Source of the DNA: a virus
Reading direction: 5' to 3' (one strand)
Virus record (IMG/VR): IMGVR_UViG_3300031758_000022
Location: 39,023 to 103,022 of that record
Length of the DNA: 64,000 bases
Part shown: one piece after another, positions 44,652 to 54,836 of the stretch
Numbering within the stretch: the first letter of the stretch is position 1
How the letters are laid out: each line of letters opens with the position of its first letter
The notes under the pieces: model-generated
Database searches by the model: none
Told to the model about the DNA's origin: nothing
Seen by the model: only the letters and a program-made list of their open reading frames with translations
Translations under genes and position numbers: made by a program

Positions 44652-47414
44652 ATGGAAATATATAATGCCTTACAGATGAAGAATGGGGCTAAGGTTGAGT
44701 ACAATAAAATGGGCAGCCTTAACCAACCTCTTCAATTTTTACCTAGATCTGAAAAGGATAAAGACTGGGCGGCATGGTGTCTAGACTGGATGGAGTGGCA
44801 AGGTCTTAAACAAGTAAGACGTAATGCTAGAAGACTTCTAAAGAACTATAAACTTGCTAAAGGTATTATTGACAAGTCTGACTACATTGTTGAAGAAGAC
44901 AATGAGTATGCAGACTTGATTGATACATTGACAAAGGAAGACACTTCTGCTCTTGAGCTTAAGTTCTATCCTATTATTCCTAATGTTATAAACACTCTTA
45001 CAGCAGAATTTGCTAAGAGATCAACTAGAGTTGTTTACTCTGCTGTAGATGAGCGCTCATATAATGAAATGCTTGAGTTAAAAAGATCTCAAGTAGAGCA
45101 AGCTCTTGTATTTGATGCTCAACAAAAAATGGCAATGAACCTTATTGAACAAGGTTATGAGCCTGAGTCTGAGGAGTTTCAACAAGGCATGTCTCCAGAA
45201 AGTATTAAATCTTTACCTGAAATAGAAGCCTATTTTCAGAAGGATTATAGAAGTATGGTTGAGCAATGGGCTGAGCATCAGCACAGAGTTGATGTTGAGA
45301 GATATCATATGGAAGAACTTGAAGAAAGAGGTTTCCGTGATATGCTTATTACTGACCGTGAATTCTGGCACTTCCGCATGATGGAAGATGATTATGATGT
45401 AGAACTATGGAATCCGGTATTGACATTCTATCAAAAATCACCAGACCAAAGATATATTTCTGAAGGTCACTGGGTAGGTAAGTTTGATATGATGACAGTA
45501 GCGGATGTAATTGATAAGTATGGTTGGGCAATGACTGAAGAACAAATGGTCACCCTAGAACTTATTTATCCTGTAAGATCTGCCGGTTATCCTATTCAAG
45601 GTTATCAGAATGATGGTAGCTACTATGATGGCACTAAGTCCCATGCTTGGAATACTAATATGCCTTCTCTTGGTTACAGACAGTTTACTTCTATGTGGGA
45701 TAATGCTCAATATGGAGGTGACGTTGTTAACTGGATTATGATGGAAGGTGAAGATTACCTTGATATGGGTATGTCTAACTTATTGAGAGTCACTACTGTA
45801 TATTGGAAATCTCAACGTAAGGTTGGTCACTTGACAAAGATTACTGAATCTGGTGATATTATTACAGAAATAGTAGATGAGACTTATAAAGTAACTGAGA
45901 AGCCTGTTTATAATAAAGGTCTTATAGAAAATAAAACTAAACACACTCTTGTATTTGGAGAACATATTGACTGGATCTGGATTAACCAAGTATGGGGTGG
46001 TGTGAAGATTGGTCCAAATAGACCTGCATTCTGGGGCTCTAATAACCCTGGTGGTATTACACCTATTTACTTAGGAGTTAATCAAAACAACATTGGTCCT
46101 ATGAAGTTCCAGTTCAAGGGAGATGATTCCTTGTATGGATGTAAATTGCCAGTAGAAGGTTCTGTATTCTCAGACCGTAATACAAGATCTACATCATTAG
46201 TAGATTTGATGAAGCCTTTCCAGATTGCTTATAACATTGTAAACAATCAGATTGCAGACATCCTTGTGGATGAATTGGGTACTGTCATAGCACTTGACCA
46301 GAACTCACTACCACGTCACTCATTAGGAGAAGATTGGGGAAAAGGTAACTATGCTAAAGCATATGTTGCAATGAAGAATTTCCAAATGCTTCCTCTTGAT
46401 ACTACTATTACTAACACAGAAAATGCTTTGAACTTTAATCATTTCCAAAAACTGGACTTGAGTCAAACAGAGCGTCTTCTATCAAGGATTCAGTTGGCCC
46501 AATACTTTAAGCAACAAGCCTTTGAAGTTATTGGTATTACTCCACAACGCTTGGGTCAAGAGATCTCTAGACAAACAGCAACCGGTATTGAGCAATCAAT
46601 TAATGCTAGTTATGCTCAAACAGAGATGTACTTCATCCACCACTGTGACTATTTGATGCCTAGAGTACACCAAATGAGAACAGACCTGGCTCAGTACTAC
46701 CATTCAAATAATCCTTCAACAAGACTTTCTTACATCACAACTCTTGATGAAAGAAAGAATTTTGAGATAAATGGTACTGACTTCTTGATGCGTGAGCTTA
46801 ACATCTTTGCTAATACTAGAGCAAACCAGCGTGCTATTCTAGAACAACTCAAGCAGTTGGCTCTAAATAATAATACAAGTGGTGCGAGTATTTATGACTT
46901 AGGTAATATTCTTAAATCTGATTCTATTGTAGAGGTATCTCATATTCTTAAAGCTACAGAAGCTAAAGCTGAGCAAGTCCGTAAAGAAGAAATGCAACAG
47001 CAACAAGCAATGCAAGAGCAAGCTCTTCAAGCTAGAGCTGAAGAAGAGCGCATGAAAATGGAATTTGAGTCTTCTGAAAATGAAAAAGACCGTCAGGCTA
47101 GAATCCTTGAAGCAGAAATTAAAGCTTCAGGCTATGGATCCATGCAAGACATTAATGAAAACAAACTATCTGACTTCCAAGACTCTCTTCAAAATATCCA
47201 AAAGAGTGAGCAGTATGCACAAACAATGGATATGAATAGACAAAAGGAAACTGCCAAGGCTACTCAAACAAGAGAGAAGCTAATGGTAGAAAGAGAAAAG
47301 ATAGCGGCTCAAAAAGAGATTGCTGCAAAGCAACTTGAGATAGCAAAAGAGAATAAAAACAAGTATGATTTAGCTAGAGGTGCTAAAGACAGAGAGGCAA
47401 AAAAGAAGAAGTAG
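44652..47414 (+). CDS. Portal protein
   Basis: 920 aa after TerL; YPII, GIT.QRLG, Q/E-rich coiled C-terminus typical of crAss-like portals. Confidence 0.8.
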   Translation: MEIYNALQMKNGAKVEYNKMGSLNQPLQFLPRSEKDKDWAAWCLDWMEWQGLKQVRRNARRLLKNYKLAKGIIDKSDYIVEEDNEYADLIDTLTKEDTSALELKFYPIIPNVINTLTAEFAKRSTRVVYSAVDERSYNEMLELKRSQVEQALVFDAQQKMAMNLIEQGYEPESEEFQQGMSPESIKSLPEIEAYFQKDYRSMVEQWAEHQHRVDVERYHMEELEERGFRDMLITDREFWHFRMMEDDYDVELWNPVLTFYQKSPDQRYISEGHWVGKFDMMTVADVIDKYGWAMTEEQMVTLELIYPVRSAGYPIQGYQNDGSYYDGTKSHAWNTNMPSLGYRQFTSMWDNAQYGGDVVNWIMMEGEDYLDMGMSNLLRVTTVYWKSQRKVGHLTKITESGDIITEIVDETYKVTEKPVYNKGLIENKTKHTLVFGEHIDWIWINQVWGGVKIGPNRPAFWGSNNPGGITPIYLGVNQNNIGPMKFQFKGDDSLYGCKLPVEGSVFSDRNTRSTSLVDLMKPFQIAYNIVNNQIADILVDELGTVIALDQNSLPRHSLGEDWGKGNYAKAYVAMKNFQMLPLDTTITNTENALNFNHFQKLDLSQTERLLSRIQLAQYFKQQAFEVIGITPQRLGQEISRQTATGIEQSINASYAQTEMYFIHHCDYLMPRVHQMRTDLAQYYHSNNPSTRLSYITTLDERKNFEINGTDFLMRELNIFANTRANQRAILEQLKQLALNNNTSGASIYDLGNILKSDSIVEVSHILKATEAKAEQVRKEEMQQQQAMQEQALQARAEEERMKMEFESSENEKDRQARILEAEIKASGYGSMQDINENKLSDFQDSLQNIQKSEQYAQTMDMNRQKETAKATQTREKLMVEREKIAAQKEIAAKQLEIAKENKNKYDLARGAKDREAKKKK

Positions 47415-47525
47415 CTATAAGATGCGCTTTATTTAGTTAGAGCAAAAAATTTTTAAAGTTTATTATTCTACTTTTGTCTATATTATTAGTGTAGATATTT
47501 TATAAACCAACAATATTTTACAAAC

Positions 47526-48758
47526 ATGAGCGGGCAAACCCAAGAAACAACTACGGTTGAACAAGTTGATATAGATCTAGATACATTGCTAGGAACACCA
47601 GGAGCTGATAACATCATGCTCCCAGAAGAAAAAAAGCCTTCGGTGTTTACTACAAGTAAAGTAGATACAGCGTTCCTTGACACTCCATCATCTGGTGATG
47701 ATGATGATGATGATTCTAAAAAGCAAACACCTCAGTTTGCAGAGGTACTAAAGGATATTAATCCTGATGATGCATCACTAGGATCAGATGCTATCATTGA
47801 ACCAGATGATCAAAAGAAAACACCTGGCAGATCTAAAATTGCTAAAGATGGTACAGTAGAGCTAGTTAAGAAATTAATTGACTCTGGTAAAATTGTACCA
47901 TTTGATGATGATAAAGCAATTGAAGATTATAGTCTAGCTGACTTTGAAGAACTTATTGAAGCAAACTTTGCTGAAAGAGAGAATCAAGTTAGAGAGTCTA
48001 CGCCACAAGAATTTTTCCAAGCACTTCCTGAAGAGCTTCAAGTAGCTGCTAAGTATGTAGCTGATGGTGGACAAGACCTGAAAGGATTATTTAAGGTTCT
48101 AGCACAAGTTGAAGAAACTATGCAGCTAGACCCTGAAGTATCTTCAGATCAAGAAAGAATTGTCCGTGAATACCTATTGGCAACAAACTTTGGTACTCCT
48201 GATGAAATTGATGAAGAAATTGATAGCTGGAAAGATAGAGATGAACTAGAAGCTAAAGCTAATAAGTTCAAACCAAAATTGGATGCTATGCAAGCAAGAG
48301 TTGTACAACAAAAGCTAGCACAGCAAGAAGATATGAAACGTAAACAAGCTGCTCAAGCTCAAAAGTATATGAGCAATGTTTATGAAACTCTTAAGCCAGG
48401 TGAAATCAATGGTGTGAAACTTGACCGCAGAACACAAGAAATGTTGTATGCAGGACTAGTTCAACCAAACTACCCTAGTATTAGTGGTAGACCTACAAAT
48501 ATGCTTGGTCACTTATTGGAGAAATACCAATATGTACAACCAAGACATGACTTAATTGCTGAAGCTCTTTGGTTACTTGCTGATCCAGATTCTTATAAAA
48601 CAAAGATCCGTGAGCAAGGAAGCAAGACAAGCACAGAGAAAACAGTTAAGATGTTGAAGACAGAAGAGACAAGAAAAACAACTGCTTCTCCTATCATAGA
48701 GAAAGAAGAAGTAAGACAAAGAACAATACCTAGAAATAGTAATTTTTTCAAACGATAA
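47526..48758 (+). CDS. Putative scaffolding protein
   Basis: Acidic N-terminus, helical, between portal and capsid genes. Confidence 0.6.
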   Translation: MSGQTQETTTVEQVDIDLDTLLGTPGADNIMLPEEKKPSVFTTSKVDTAFLDTPSSGDDDDDDSKKQTPQFAEVLKDINPDDASLGSDAIIEPDDQKKTPGRSKIAKDGTVELVKKLIDSGKIVPFDDDKAIEDYSLADFEELIEANFAERENQVRESTPQEFFQALPEELQVAAKYVADGGQDLKGLFKVLAQVEETMQLDPEVSSDQERIVREYLLATNFGTPDEIDEEIDSWKDRDELEAKANKFKPKLDAMQARVVQQKLAQQEDMKRKQAAQAQKYMSNVYETLKPGEINGVKLDRRTQEMLYAGLVQPNYPSISGRPTNMLGHLLEKYQYVQPRHDLIAEALWLLADPDSYKTKIREQGSKTSTEKTVKMLKTEETRKTTASPIIEKEEVRQRTIPRNSNFFKR

Positions 48759-48786
48759 CCTTTTAATCATAATTCAAAATTAAATT

Positions 48787-50415
48787 ATGTCAACTCCAGT
48801 TTTAAATAATGGTATATTTCTACGAGATACCAACTACGCAGCTAGTTCACACGTAGACTCTTACCACTTAGTTAACATGTTGAAAACTGCAGAACCAATG
48901 GACATGGGTCCAGTGGATTTGTGGGCAATGGCTCAAAAAGTAGAGATGCCTTTGTATCAAATGTCTAGCTTTGGTGGCAAGAATGTAATCATGGTAGACA
49001 ACCCTCGCGGTGAGTACAAATGGCAAACTCCTGTTGTGCAAGATCTTCCTTATATTGTTGAAGACATTGAGTCTATAAACGAGACTAAGGGTATTGATGG
49101 TACTACTTTCAAGATTAAACTCTCTCGTCGTGAGTTTGGTCATGGAGATATCATCACATATGATAAGTACAACGGTGTGGAGATGTACATTGTACCTGAC
49201 CAGGATATCCTTCCTCTAGGTGACGGGTTTGTATATACTGTGCAGCTTGTAAACAACGACAGTTCTAAATTCTTGGAAAACAAGTTTTTAGCTTCTGGAA
49301 CCAAAGTTTTCCGTAAGGGTTCTGCCCGTGGAGAATATGGTGAGCGCTTCTCTGATATTCAAATCCAGTCTGGATACCGCGAGTTCTACAACTTTGTTGG
49401 TGGTGCTGAAGCACACGTACACTATTCTATTTCTAGCCGTGCTGATCTTATGATCAAAGGTGGTTTGAATGCAGATGGTACAGTTCCAGTAACTGAAATT
49501 TGGCGCAACTTTGACCAAAACATGGATCCTGCTGTAGCTAACCTTGAAAACATGGTAAGCCGTATGGGTAAGGATTATGTTAAACGTGCTATGTCTAATG
49601 GTACACTTAGCCGCACATTCTTAACTACAATGGAAGCAGCTCACTTGAGTAAAGTAGCTACTGACATTGAGACTTACTTGATGTGGGGACAAGGTGGTAA
49701 AGTACGTCAAGATGGTCCAGATGATATCCGCTTGTCTGTGGGTCTTTGGAAGCAGCTTGATAACTCATTTAAGCGTGTATACAACAAATCAGGTTTCAAT
49801 CTTGACATGTTCCGTTCTGAGATCTACAACTTCTACGCAGGTAAGGTTGAGTTCAAAGGTCCAGATCCTAAGCGTCAGTTGATTGTTCAAACTGGTATGG
49901 GTGGTATGCGTATGGTTAATGAGGCTATCAAACGTGAAGCTGTTAACTCAGGTCTTGTTATTCAGGCAGCTGAAAACAATGGTGTTGGTGCTATCTCTGG
50001 TAAAGGTATGGACTTGAACTTTGGATTTGCATTCACTTCATATGTTATCCCATTCTTGGCTAACGTGAAGTTTGTGTTGAACCCAGCTTTTGACAACGTA
50101 CACACCAATGACATTGAAAACCCAATCATTGATGGTTTCCCATTGTCATCTTATAACTTCATCATTTTTGATATCACTGATAACACTAATGATAACATCT
50201 TCTTGTTGAAATTGTCTTGGGATAACCAATTGAAATGGTGGTACCAAAATGGTACAATGGACTACATGGGACGTACACAAGGATTCCAGTCTTCTGGTCA
50301 ATTCAATGGATACCGTGTCATGATGACCCAAACAATGCCATCTATCTGGGTAAAAGACCCAACCAAAGTATTGAAAATTGTAATGAGAAACCCAATCACT
50401 GGTGGCTCATTCTAA
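48787..50415 (+). CDS. Major capsid protein
   Basis: 542 aa, strong codon bias, G...Q and V.TG.GG motifs, followed by a terminator; canonical position. Confidence 0.8.
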   Translation: MSTPVLNNGIFLRDTNYAASSHVDSYHLVNMLKTAEPMDMGPVDLWAMAQKVEMPLYQMSSFGGKNVIMVDNPRGEYKWQTPVVQDLPYIVEDIESINETKGIDGTTFKIKLSRREFGHGDIITYDKYNGVEMYIVPDQDILPLGDGFVYTVQLVNNDSSKFLENKFLASGTKVFRKGSARGEYGERFSDIQIQSGYREFYNFVGGAEAHVHYSISSRADLMIKGGLNADGTVPVTEIWRNFDQNMDPAVANLENMVSRMGKDYVKRAMSNGTLSRTFLTTMEAAHLSKVATDIETYLMWGQGGKVRQDGPDDIRLSVGLWKQLDNSFKRVYNKSGFNLDMFRSEIYNFYAGKVEFKGPDPKRQLIVQTGMGGMRMVNEAIKREAVNSGLVIQAAENNGVGAISGKGMDLNFGFAFTSYVIPFLANVKFVLNPAFDNVHTNDIENPIIDGFPLSSYNFIIFDITDNTNDNIFLLKLSWDNQLKWWYQNGTMDYMGRTQGFQSSGQFNGYRVMMTQTMPSIWVKDPTKVLKIVMRNPITGGSF

Positions 50416-50429
50416 AGAATCATAAAAAT

Positions 50430-50460
50430 GGGGAGGAGCTACAACTCCTCCCTTTTTTTT
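50430..50460 (+). terminator. Intrinsic terminator after the capsid gene
   Basis: GGGAGGAG/CTCCTCCC stem plus T8. Confidence 0.85.
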
Positions 50461-50484
50461 ATTAATTTTTAAAACTAAAAAAAC

Positions 50485-50913
50485 ATGAATGAATTTAATA
50501 CACCTTTAGAAAATAACTATCAGCTTGCTAATCAAAAGATTGAGAAAACAATTTTTTATGAGCATGATCTAGATAATGGATTTCAAATACAAGTAAGAGC
50601 GCTAAAAGGAATTATAGAGCTTACTAATCTTGATTTAAACGTTGGCCCTGCTCCAGAGCCAGGTTGTGCAAGTTCAGTAACACTTGATATCCTTAATCCA
50701 AGACTTAATTATGCAAACCCAGATAGAGTTTATATACAAACTACTGTTTACTATAGCCCTGGAGTTGATGATCTTTTTGTTCCTTATTTAGTACCTACAG
50801 GTGCTTCACCTCAAGGAGCAGGGTTCAGTTTATTTAATGTAAGCAATGAAGCTGCCGGAGCTGGACAATTTACAGGAAAATTGTATATTAACTATGAGAT
50901 TTATAGTTTCTAA
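50485..50913 (+). CDS. Hypothetical (possible capsid decoration) protein
   Basis: 142-aa beta-rich ORF after the capsid gene. Confidence 0.55.
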   Translation: MNEFNTPLENNYQLANQKIEKTIFYEHDLDNGFQIQVRALKGIIELTNLDLNVGPAPEPGCASSVTLDILNPRLNYANPDRVYIQTTVYYSPGVDDLFVPYLVPTGASPQGAGFSLFNVSNEAAGAGQFTGKLYINYEIYSF

Positions 50914-50949
50914 ATTTTAGTTATATTTGACTTTTAAAACCAACACAAA

Positions 50950-51966
50950 ATGAGTACATTAACAATTGTAGAAGCAGCGGGTCCTAAAAGTGGACCAATT
51001 GCAATTAAACCTTTTTTTGATCCTAAGCAATCTAATATGGGTCTTGAGCAATATGGTCTTTCATTATATGAAAACGTATTTCATGAAGAACAATTAGCTT
51101 GCATTGAGGCTAATGGAATCAAAAGATATATTACAGGACTAAATGAATTTGCTCCTGAAGTTAAAATGATTCCTGATCCAGAATACAGAGCAGCTAAAAT
51201 TAAAGACATACGCAATGCAGTTTCAGATCTTGAAAAAGAACTAGCTGCTAATGTTATTGATCCAGCTGACCCTGAGTTTTGGAATAAAGTTAAAATGCTT
51301 CGTCCTGATAATGATGAGTTCTGGAATAAAATTACACTGCGTTGTGGTAACACACCTTTGTATTTTGATCCTGTAAAAGATCCTTATGACCGCATTAAAC
51401 TTTATGCTATTGAGGCTGGTGGATTCTCTATTGTAGCTAAGAGCTATGAAGATGCTAGATCACGCCCAACACCTGTAAAATTCTTTCTTGATAAGTTTGA
51501 GAAAACTGCTACAACCCGTACAGAATCTAAGAAACTTAGAAACAAAGCTCTTGCAGAACTTCAAAAAATGTTTGATAAAGCAACTACTAAGTTAATGTAT
51601 GTAGCAAAGGTTGTAGAAATCAACAGTGCTCAGTATAAGAAATCAACACCTAATGATGTGCTCTATGATAACATGGACGTATTTATTAATGGTGAGGGTT
51701 CAGAGAAAAATGGCCAACGTGCAGCTCAGGCTTTCTTGGATGCAGCAGCCTTGGATATGGAAACTCTAAAAATCAGAGCTATTGTTAAAGATTCTACATA
51801 CTATAAATTTGTTGCTCTAAAAAGTGATGGTTTTATTTATCATATGAATTCAAGTACAATGCTAGGTAGAAATCCTGCAGACGTGGTTGAGTTCTTGAAG
51901 AATCCTCTTAATGATGAGATTCTAAAAGATTTAATGACTCGTGTTGAAAAATACTGGAATGAATAA
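50950..51966 (+). CDS. Conserved crAss-like head-module protein
   Basis: Y.TGL..., FW, LGRN....VEFLKNP.N motifs; TATATTTG at 50922 upstream. Confidence 0.65.
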   Translation: MSTLTIVEAAGPKSGPIAIKPFFDPKQSNMGLEQYGLSLYENVFHEEQLACIEANGIKRYITGLNEFAPEVKMIPDPEYRAAKIKDIRNAVSDLEKELAANVIDPADPEFWNKVKMLRPDNDEFWNKITLRCGNTPLYFDPVKDPYDRIKLYAIEAGGFSIVAKSYEDARSRPTPVKFFLDKFEKTATTRTESKKLRNKALAELQKMFDKATTKLMYVAKVVEINSAQYKKSTPNDVLYDNMDVFINGEGSEKNGQRAAQAFLDAAALDMETLKIRAIVKDSTYYKFVALKSDGFIYHMNSSTMLGRNPADVVEFLKNPLNDEILKDLMTRVEKYWNE

Positions 51967-52118
51967 ACTAGTAAATCCTGAAGAGGAAAATAATATGCGC
52001 GGAAACAAGGCATCCACTAAAACTGTTAGTGGATCCTTGTCTTCTGTTGCTGATGCTACCCAATCTAATACTGGGAAAAATGGCGACAAAGGGCAGTGGA
52101 AACAGTAAAAATAATGCT

Positions 52119-52433
52119 ATGAAAAAGACAAATAAGAAATATGCTATGGGAGGGGTTCCCTGTCCTGATTGTAAACTTACGCAGGATGCTACAGGAAAAT
52201 ATAAGTATGGTTCTGACAGTACTGGTTATACTACTAGTATAGACAGAAACATTGCTAAAGCAAAACATAAACAAACTTATCCTAAGGCTTATGCTACGCC
52301 TACTCCTCTTACGCCTACGCCAGTTTCTAAACCAGACTCTATTCCGGCACCAGCCCCACCTAAAATGAAAAAAGGTGGAATGATATCTAAACCAAAATCT
52401 TCAATGAAGATTATGTCAAGGAGGGCTAAATAG
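52119..52433 (+). CDS. Small basic protein with AMGG and MKKGG motifs
   Basis: Likely start MKKTNKKYAMGG. Confidence 0.6.
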   Translation: MKKTNKKYAMGGVPCPDCKLTQDATGKYKYGSDSTGYTTSIDRNIAKAKHKQTYPKAYATPTPLTPTPVSKPDSIPAPAPPKMKKGGMISKPKSSMKIMSRRAK

Positions 52434-52435
52434 TT

Positions 52436-52585
52436 ATGGCAAAGCAAATGATAAAAAGAAAGGATGGATCCTACAGCCAAAGAGGGCTGTGGGATAACAT
52501 CCGTGAGAACAAGGGCTCTGGAAAGAAGCCTACTGCTGAAATGTTAAAGCAAGAAAAAAAGATTAAAGCTAAAACTAAAAAGTAA
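52436..52585 (+). CDS. Small basic protein (49 aa, not in the ORF track)
   Basis: MAKQMIKRKDGSYSQRGLWDNIRENKGSGKKPTAEMLKQEKKIKAKTKK. Confidence 0.65.
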   Translation: MAKQMIKRKDGSYSQRGLWDNIRENKGSGKKPTAEMLKQEKKIKAKTKK

Positions 52586-52830
52586 TGGCTAAGAAAGTTA
52601 GAGTATCAGCAGGTGGAGAGAAACACGTAGTCTATAAAAAGACAACTAAACGTGGTAAGGGAGAACCCGGTGATATTATGGTAAACCATCCTACTAAAGA
52701 TAAAGGACAATGGGATACTATAAATCTAACTAAGATAGGTAGAGCTAATACTGTTAAAGAAGGTGTGGCATCTACTAAGAAGTGGCATAAAGATAATCCT
52801 GATTATAAATATAAAAAGAAAAAGAAATAA
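52585..52830 (+). CDS. Small basic protein
   Basis: 81 aa, Lys-rich. Confidence 0.65.
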   Translation: MAKKVRVSAGGEKHVVYKKTTKRGKGEPGDIMVNHPTKDKGQWDTINLTKIGRANTVKEGVASTKKWHKDNPDYKYKKKKK

Positions 52831-52929
52831 TGGCAAAACTAAATTATGTTTGGAATTATCTAAGTTCCACTTTGGCTAACTTTAAATCAGCTGTACTAGT
52901 TTAGAAATCCGTGTATATAATAAATAACT

Positions 52930-53262
52930 ATGGCAAAGAAACTGATTAAAAAACAAGATGGTGGTGCAACTACTCCATCTAATAGACAAAAAAGAATATC
53001 TAATAGAGCTGATAAAGCTTTTACTAGAGCAAGTGCTACGCAAAAAGAATTAAACAAAACTTATGTTAGGAGAGAAGATTTAGGGCCAGCTGATCCTAAA
53101 AAACCTTGGGGACTACGTATGGCAACAGACATAGAAGAAAAGGTGTATGATCAACCAGGTTATGGTAGAAAAAAAGGTCAGTTAGAAAAAAATCTTAAAA
53201 AAGATATAAACAAAGTTAATAGACTTTCTCAAAAAGCTGCTTCTCTAAAAAAGAAAAAATAA
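52930..53262 (+). CDS. Small basic protein (KQDGG motif)
   Basis: 110 aa, ends KKKK. Confidence 0.65.
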   Translation: MAKKLIKKQDGGATTPSNRQKRISNRADKAFTRASATQKELNKTYVRREDLGPADPKKPWGLRMATDIEEKVYDQPGYGRKKGQLEKNLKKDINKVNRLSQKAASLKKKK

Positions 53263-53513
53263 TGGCAAAGACACCTGCTTGGCAAAAGAAATCAGGTAAG
53301 TCTCCTAGTGGGGGACTTAATGAAAAAGGGCGTAAGTCTTATGAAAGACAAAACCCTGGTTCAGATCTAAAAGCTCCACAACCTGAAGGTGGTTCTAGGA
53401 AAAAATCATTTTGTGCTAGAATGTCTGGCATGAAGAAGAAACTTACTTCTAGCAAAACTGCTAATGATCCTAATAGTAGGATAAATAAATCCTTGCGTAA
53501 ATGGAAATGTTAA
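53262..53513 (+). CDS. DUF6321-like basic protein
   Basis: GGLNEKGRKSY...RKKSFCARMSG...SRINKSLRKWKC. Confidence 0.7.
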   Translation: MAKTPAWQKKSGKSPSGGLNEKGRKSYERQNPGSDLKAPQPEGGSRKKSFCARMSGMKKKLTSSKTANDPNSRINKSLRKWKC

Positions 53514-53530
53514 CGTAAATTAGTAATACT

Positions 53531-53722
53531 ATGGCAAAGAAATGTATGAAATGTGGCGGATCCATGAAGTATAAATCTGGTGGATCTACAAGTTTTGGAA
53601 TGCTTTCAGTAAAAGCGGGTGTGGATAATAATCCTAAACCTACTGCTGCTGATAGAATTGTTGGTGCTAAAAAGAGTGCTGGCAAAATGAAACAAGGTGG
53701 AACTATTAAAAAGAAAAAATAA
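53531..53722 (+). CDS. Small basic protein (MKCGG/KSGG/MKQGG)
   Basis: 63 aa. Confidence 0.65.
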   Translation: MAKKCMKCGGSMKYKSGGSTSFGMLSVKAGVDNNPKPTAADRIVGAKKSAGKMKQGGTIKKKK

Positions 53723-53964
53723 TGGCAAAGAAAGAAAGGTTAAATGCTCGCGCTGAAAGAGTAATGGGCAGAGCACAAAAGAACTATAATAAAGCTCAAG
53801 CTGCTATTGCTGCTGACAAAGCTAATCCTGATAAAACAAGCAATACAACTGCATACGTTGATAAAAAGTTTAGCAAGGCTTATAATCAGGGTGAAAGAGC
53901 AAAAGCTCTTAAAGCAAAAGCAGACTCTATGAAGAAAGGGGGCGCTGTTAAAAAGAAAAAGTAA
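53722..53964 (+). CDS. Small basic protein (MKKGG)
   Basis: 80 aa. Confidence 0.65.
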   Translation: MAKKERLNARAERVMGRAQKNYNKAQAAIAADKANPDKTSNTTAYVDKKFSKAYNQGERAKALKAKADSMKKGGAVKKKK

Positions 53965-53965
53965 C

Positions 53966-54226
53966 ATGGCAAAGAAGTTACAGAAAGCTCAGTATGGTAA
54001 GACAATGTCTAAATCAAATACTAAGTCTAAAACTTTTTGGAAAGAAATCCAAGATGCATGGAATGCAGCAGAAAAAAAAGCAACAACAAATTCTAAAAAT
54101 AGGAAAAGTTTAGAGCAGATACAAAAAGAATGGATTGATACTGAAAAAAGAGTTACTAATCCTAAAAACAAATCTGCTAATAAAATTGAACTTTTTAAAA
54201 AAGGGGGATCTTCTAAAAAGAAGTAA
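53966..54226 (+). CDS. Small basic protein (KAQYG/FKKGG)
   Basis: 86 aa. Confidence 0.65.
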   Translation: MAKKLQKAQYGKTMSKSNTKSKTFWKEIQDAWNAAEKKATTNSKNRKSLEQIQKEWIDTEKRVTNPKNKSANKIELFKKGGSSKKK

Positions 54227-54227
54227 C

Positions 54228-54374
54228 ATGGCTGAGAAAAAAGACAAGAAATGGATTCAGAAGGCGGTTAATCCTAAACATAAGGGTTACTGCACTCCCA
54301 TGACTAAAGCCACCTGTACTCCTAAAAGAAAAGCATTGGCTATGACCTTTAAAAAAATGGCTAAGAATAAATAA
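54228..54374 (+). CDS. Small basic protein
   Basis: Start MAEKKDKKWIQKA at 54228. Confidence 0.65.
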   Translation: MAEKKDKKWIQKAVNPKHKGYCTPMTKATCTPKRKALAMTFKKMAKNK

Positions 54375-54392
54375 CTTTTAATATTATATATA

Positions 54393-54599
54393 ATGAAAAA
54401 TTCAGGCGGTGTCTATGTAAGACTTAATGGTAACCAACCAGTACAGAAAGTTGCTGGTTCAAACGGTGTAGGTCACACTAAAAGTGCTAAAGCTTCTGTT
54501 CAGAAAAAAGCTGGAAGCAATGGCGTTGGAACAACTAAAAGCCAAAAAGCTACAGTAAGTCCTTCTGGTAAAACAGGCTCTACTAAAAAAGGTAAATAA
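54393..54599 (+). CDS. Small basic protein with internal repeat
   Basis: VQK.AGSNGVG.TKS.KA twice. Confidence 0.6.
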   Translation: MKNSGGVYVRLNGNQPVQKVAGSNGVGHTKSAKASVQKKAGSNGVGTTKSQKATVSPSGKTGSTKKGK

Positions 54600-54826
54600 T
54601 GGCAACCACAAAAAAATTAACTCCTATGGAAATGGGAGGATTGTATTCTGGCATGATGTCATCTGATGTGTCTACCTCTATGCCTGAACCAGTTTCAGGT
54701 TATGGTACTATGGATACCTCAGCAGATAAACCTAAAAAACCAAAAGGTTATAACTATAAAGCTCATCAGGCTAGAGGTCAGAAAGCATTTAAAAACCGTG
54801 GTAAATGTGGTAGAAAAGGTTGTTAA
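54599..54826 (+). CDS. Small protein (MEMGG motif)
   Basis: 75 aa. Confidence 0.6.
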   Translation: MATTKKLTPMEMGGLYSGMMSSDVSTSMPEPVSGYGTMDTSADKPKKPKGYNYKAHQARGQKAFKNRGKCGRKGC

Positions 54827-54836
54827 TTAATCTTAT

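Noticed and set aside
42431-50415. Inteins or introns in terminase, portal or capsid genes
   Set aside because: Uninterrupted ORFs of plausible size with no intein or LAGLIDADG signatures seen
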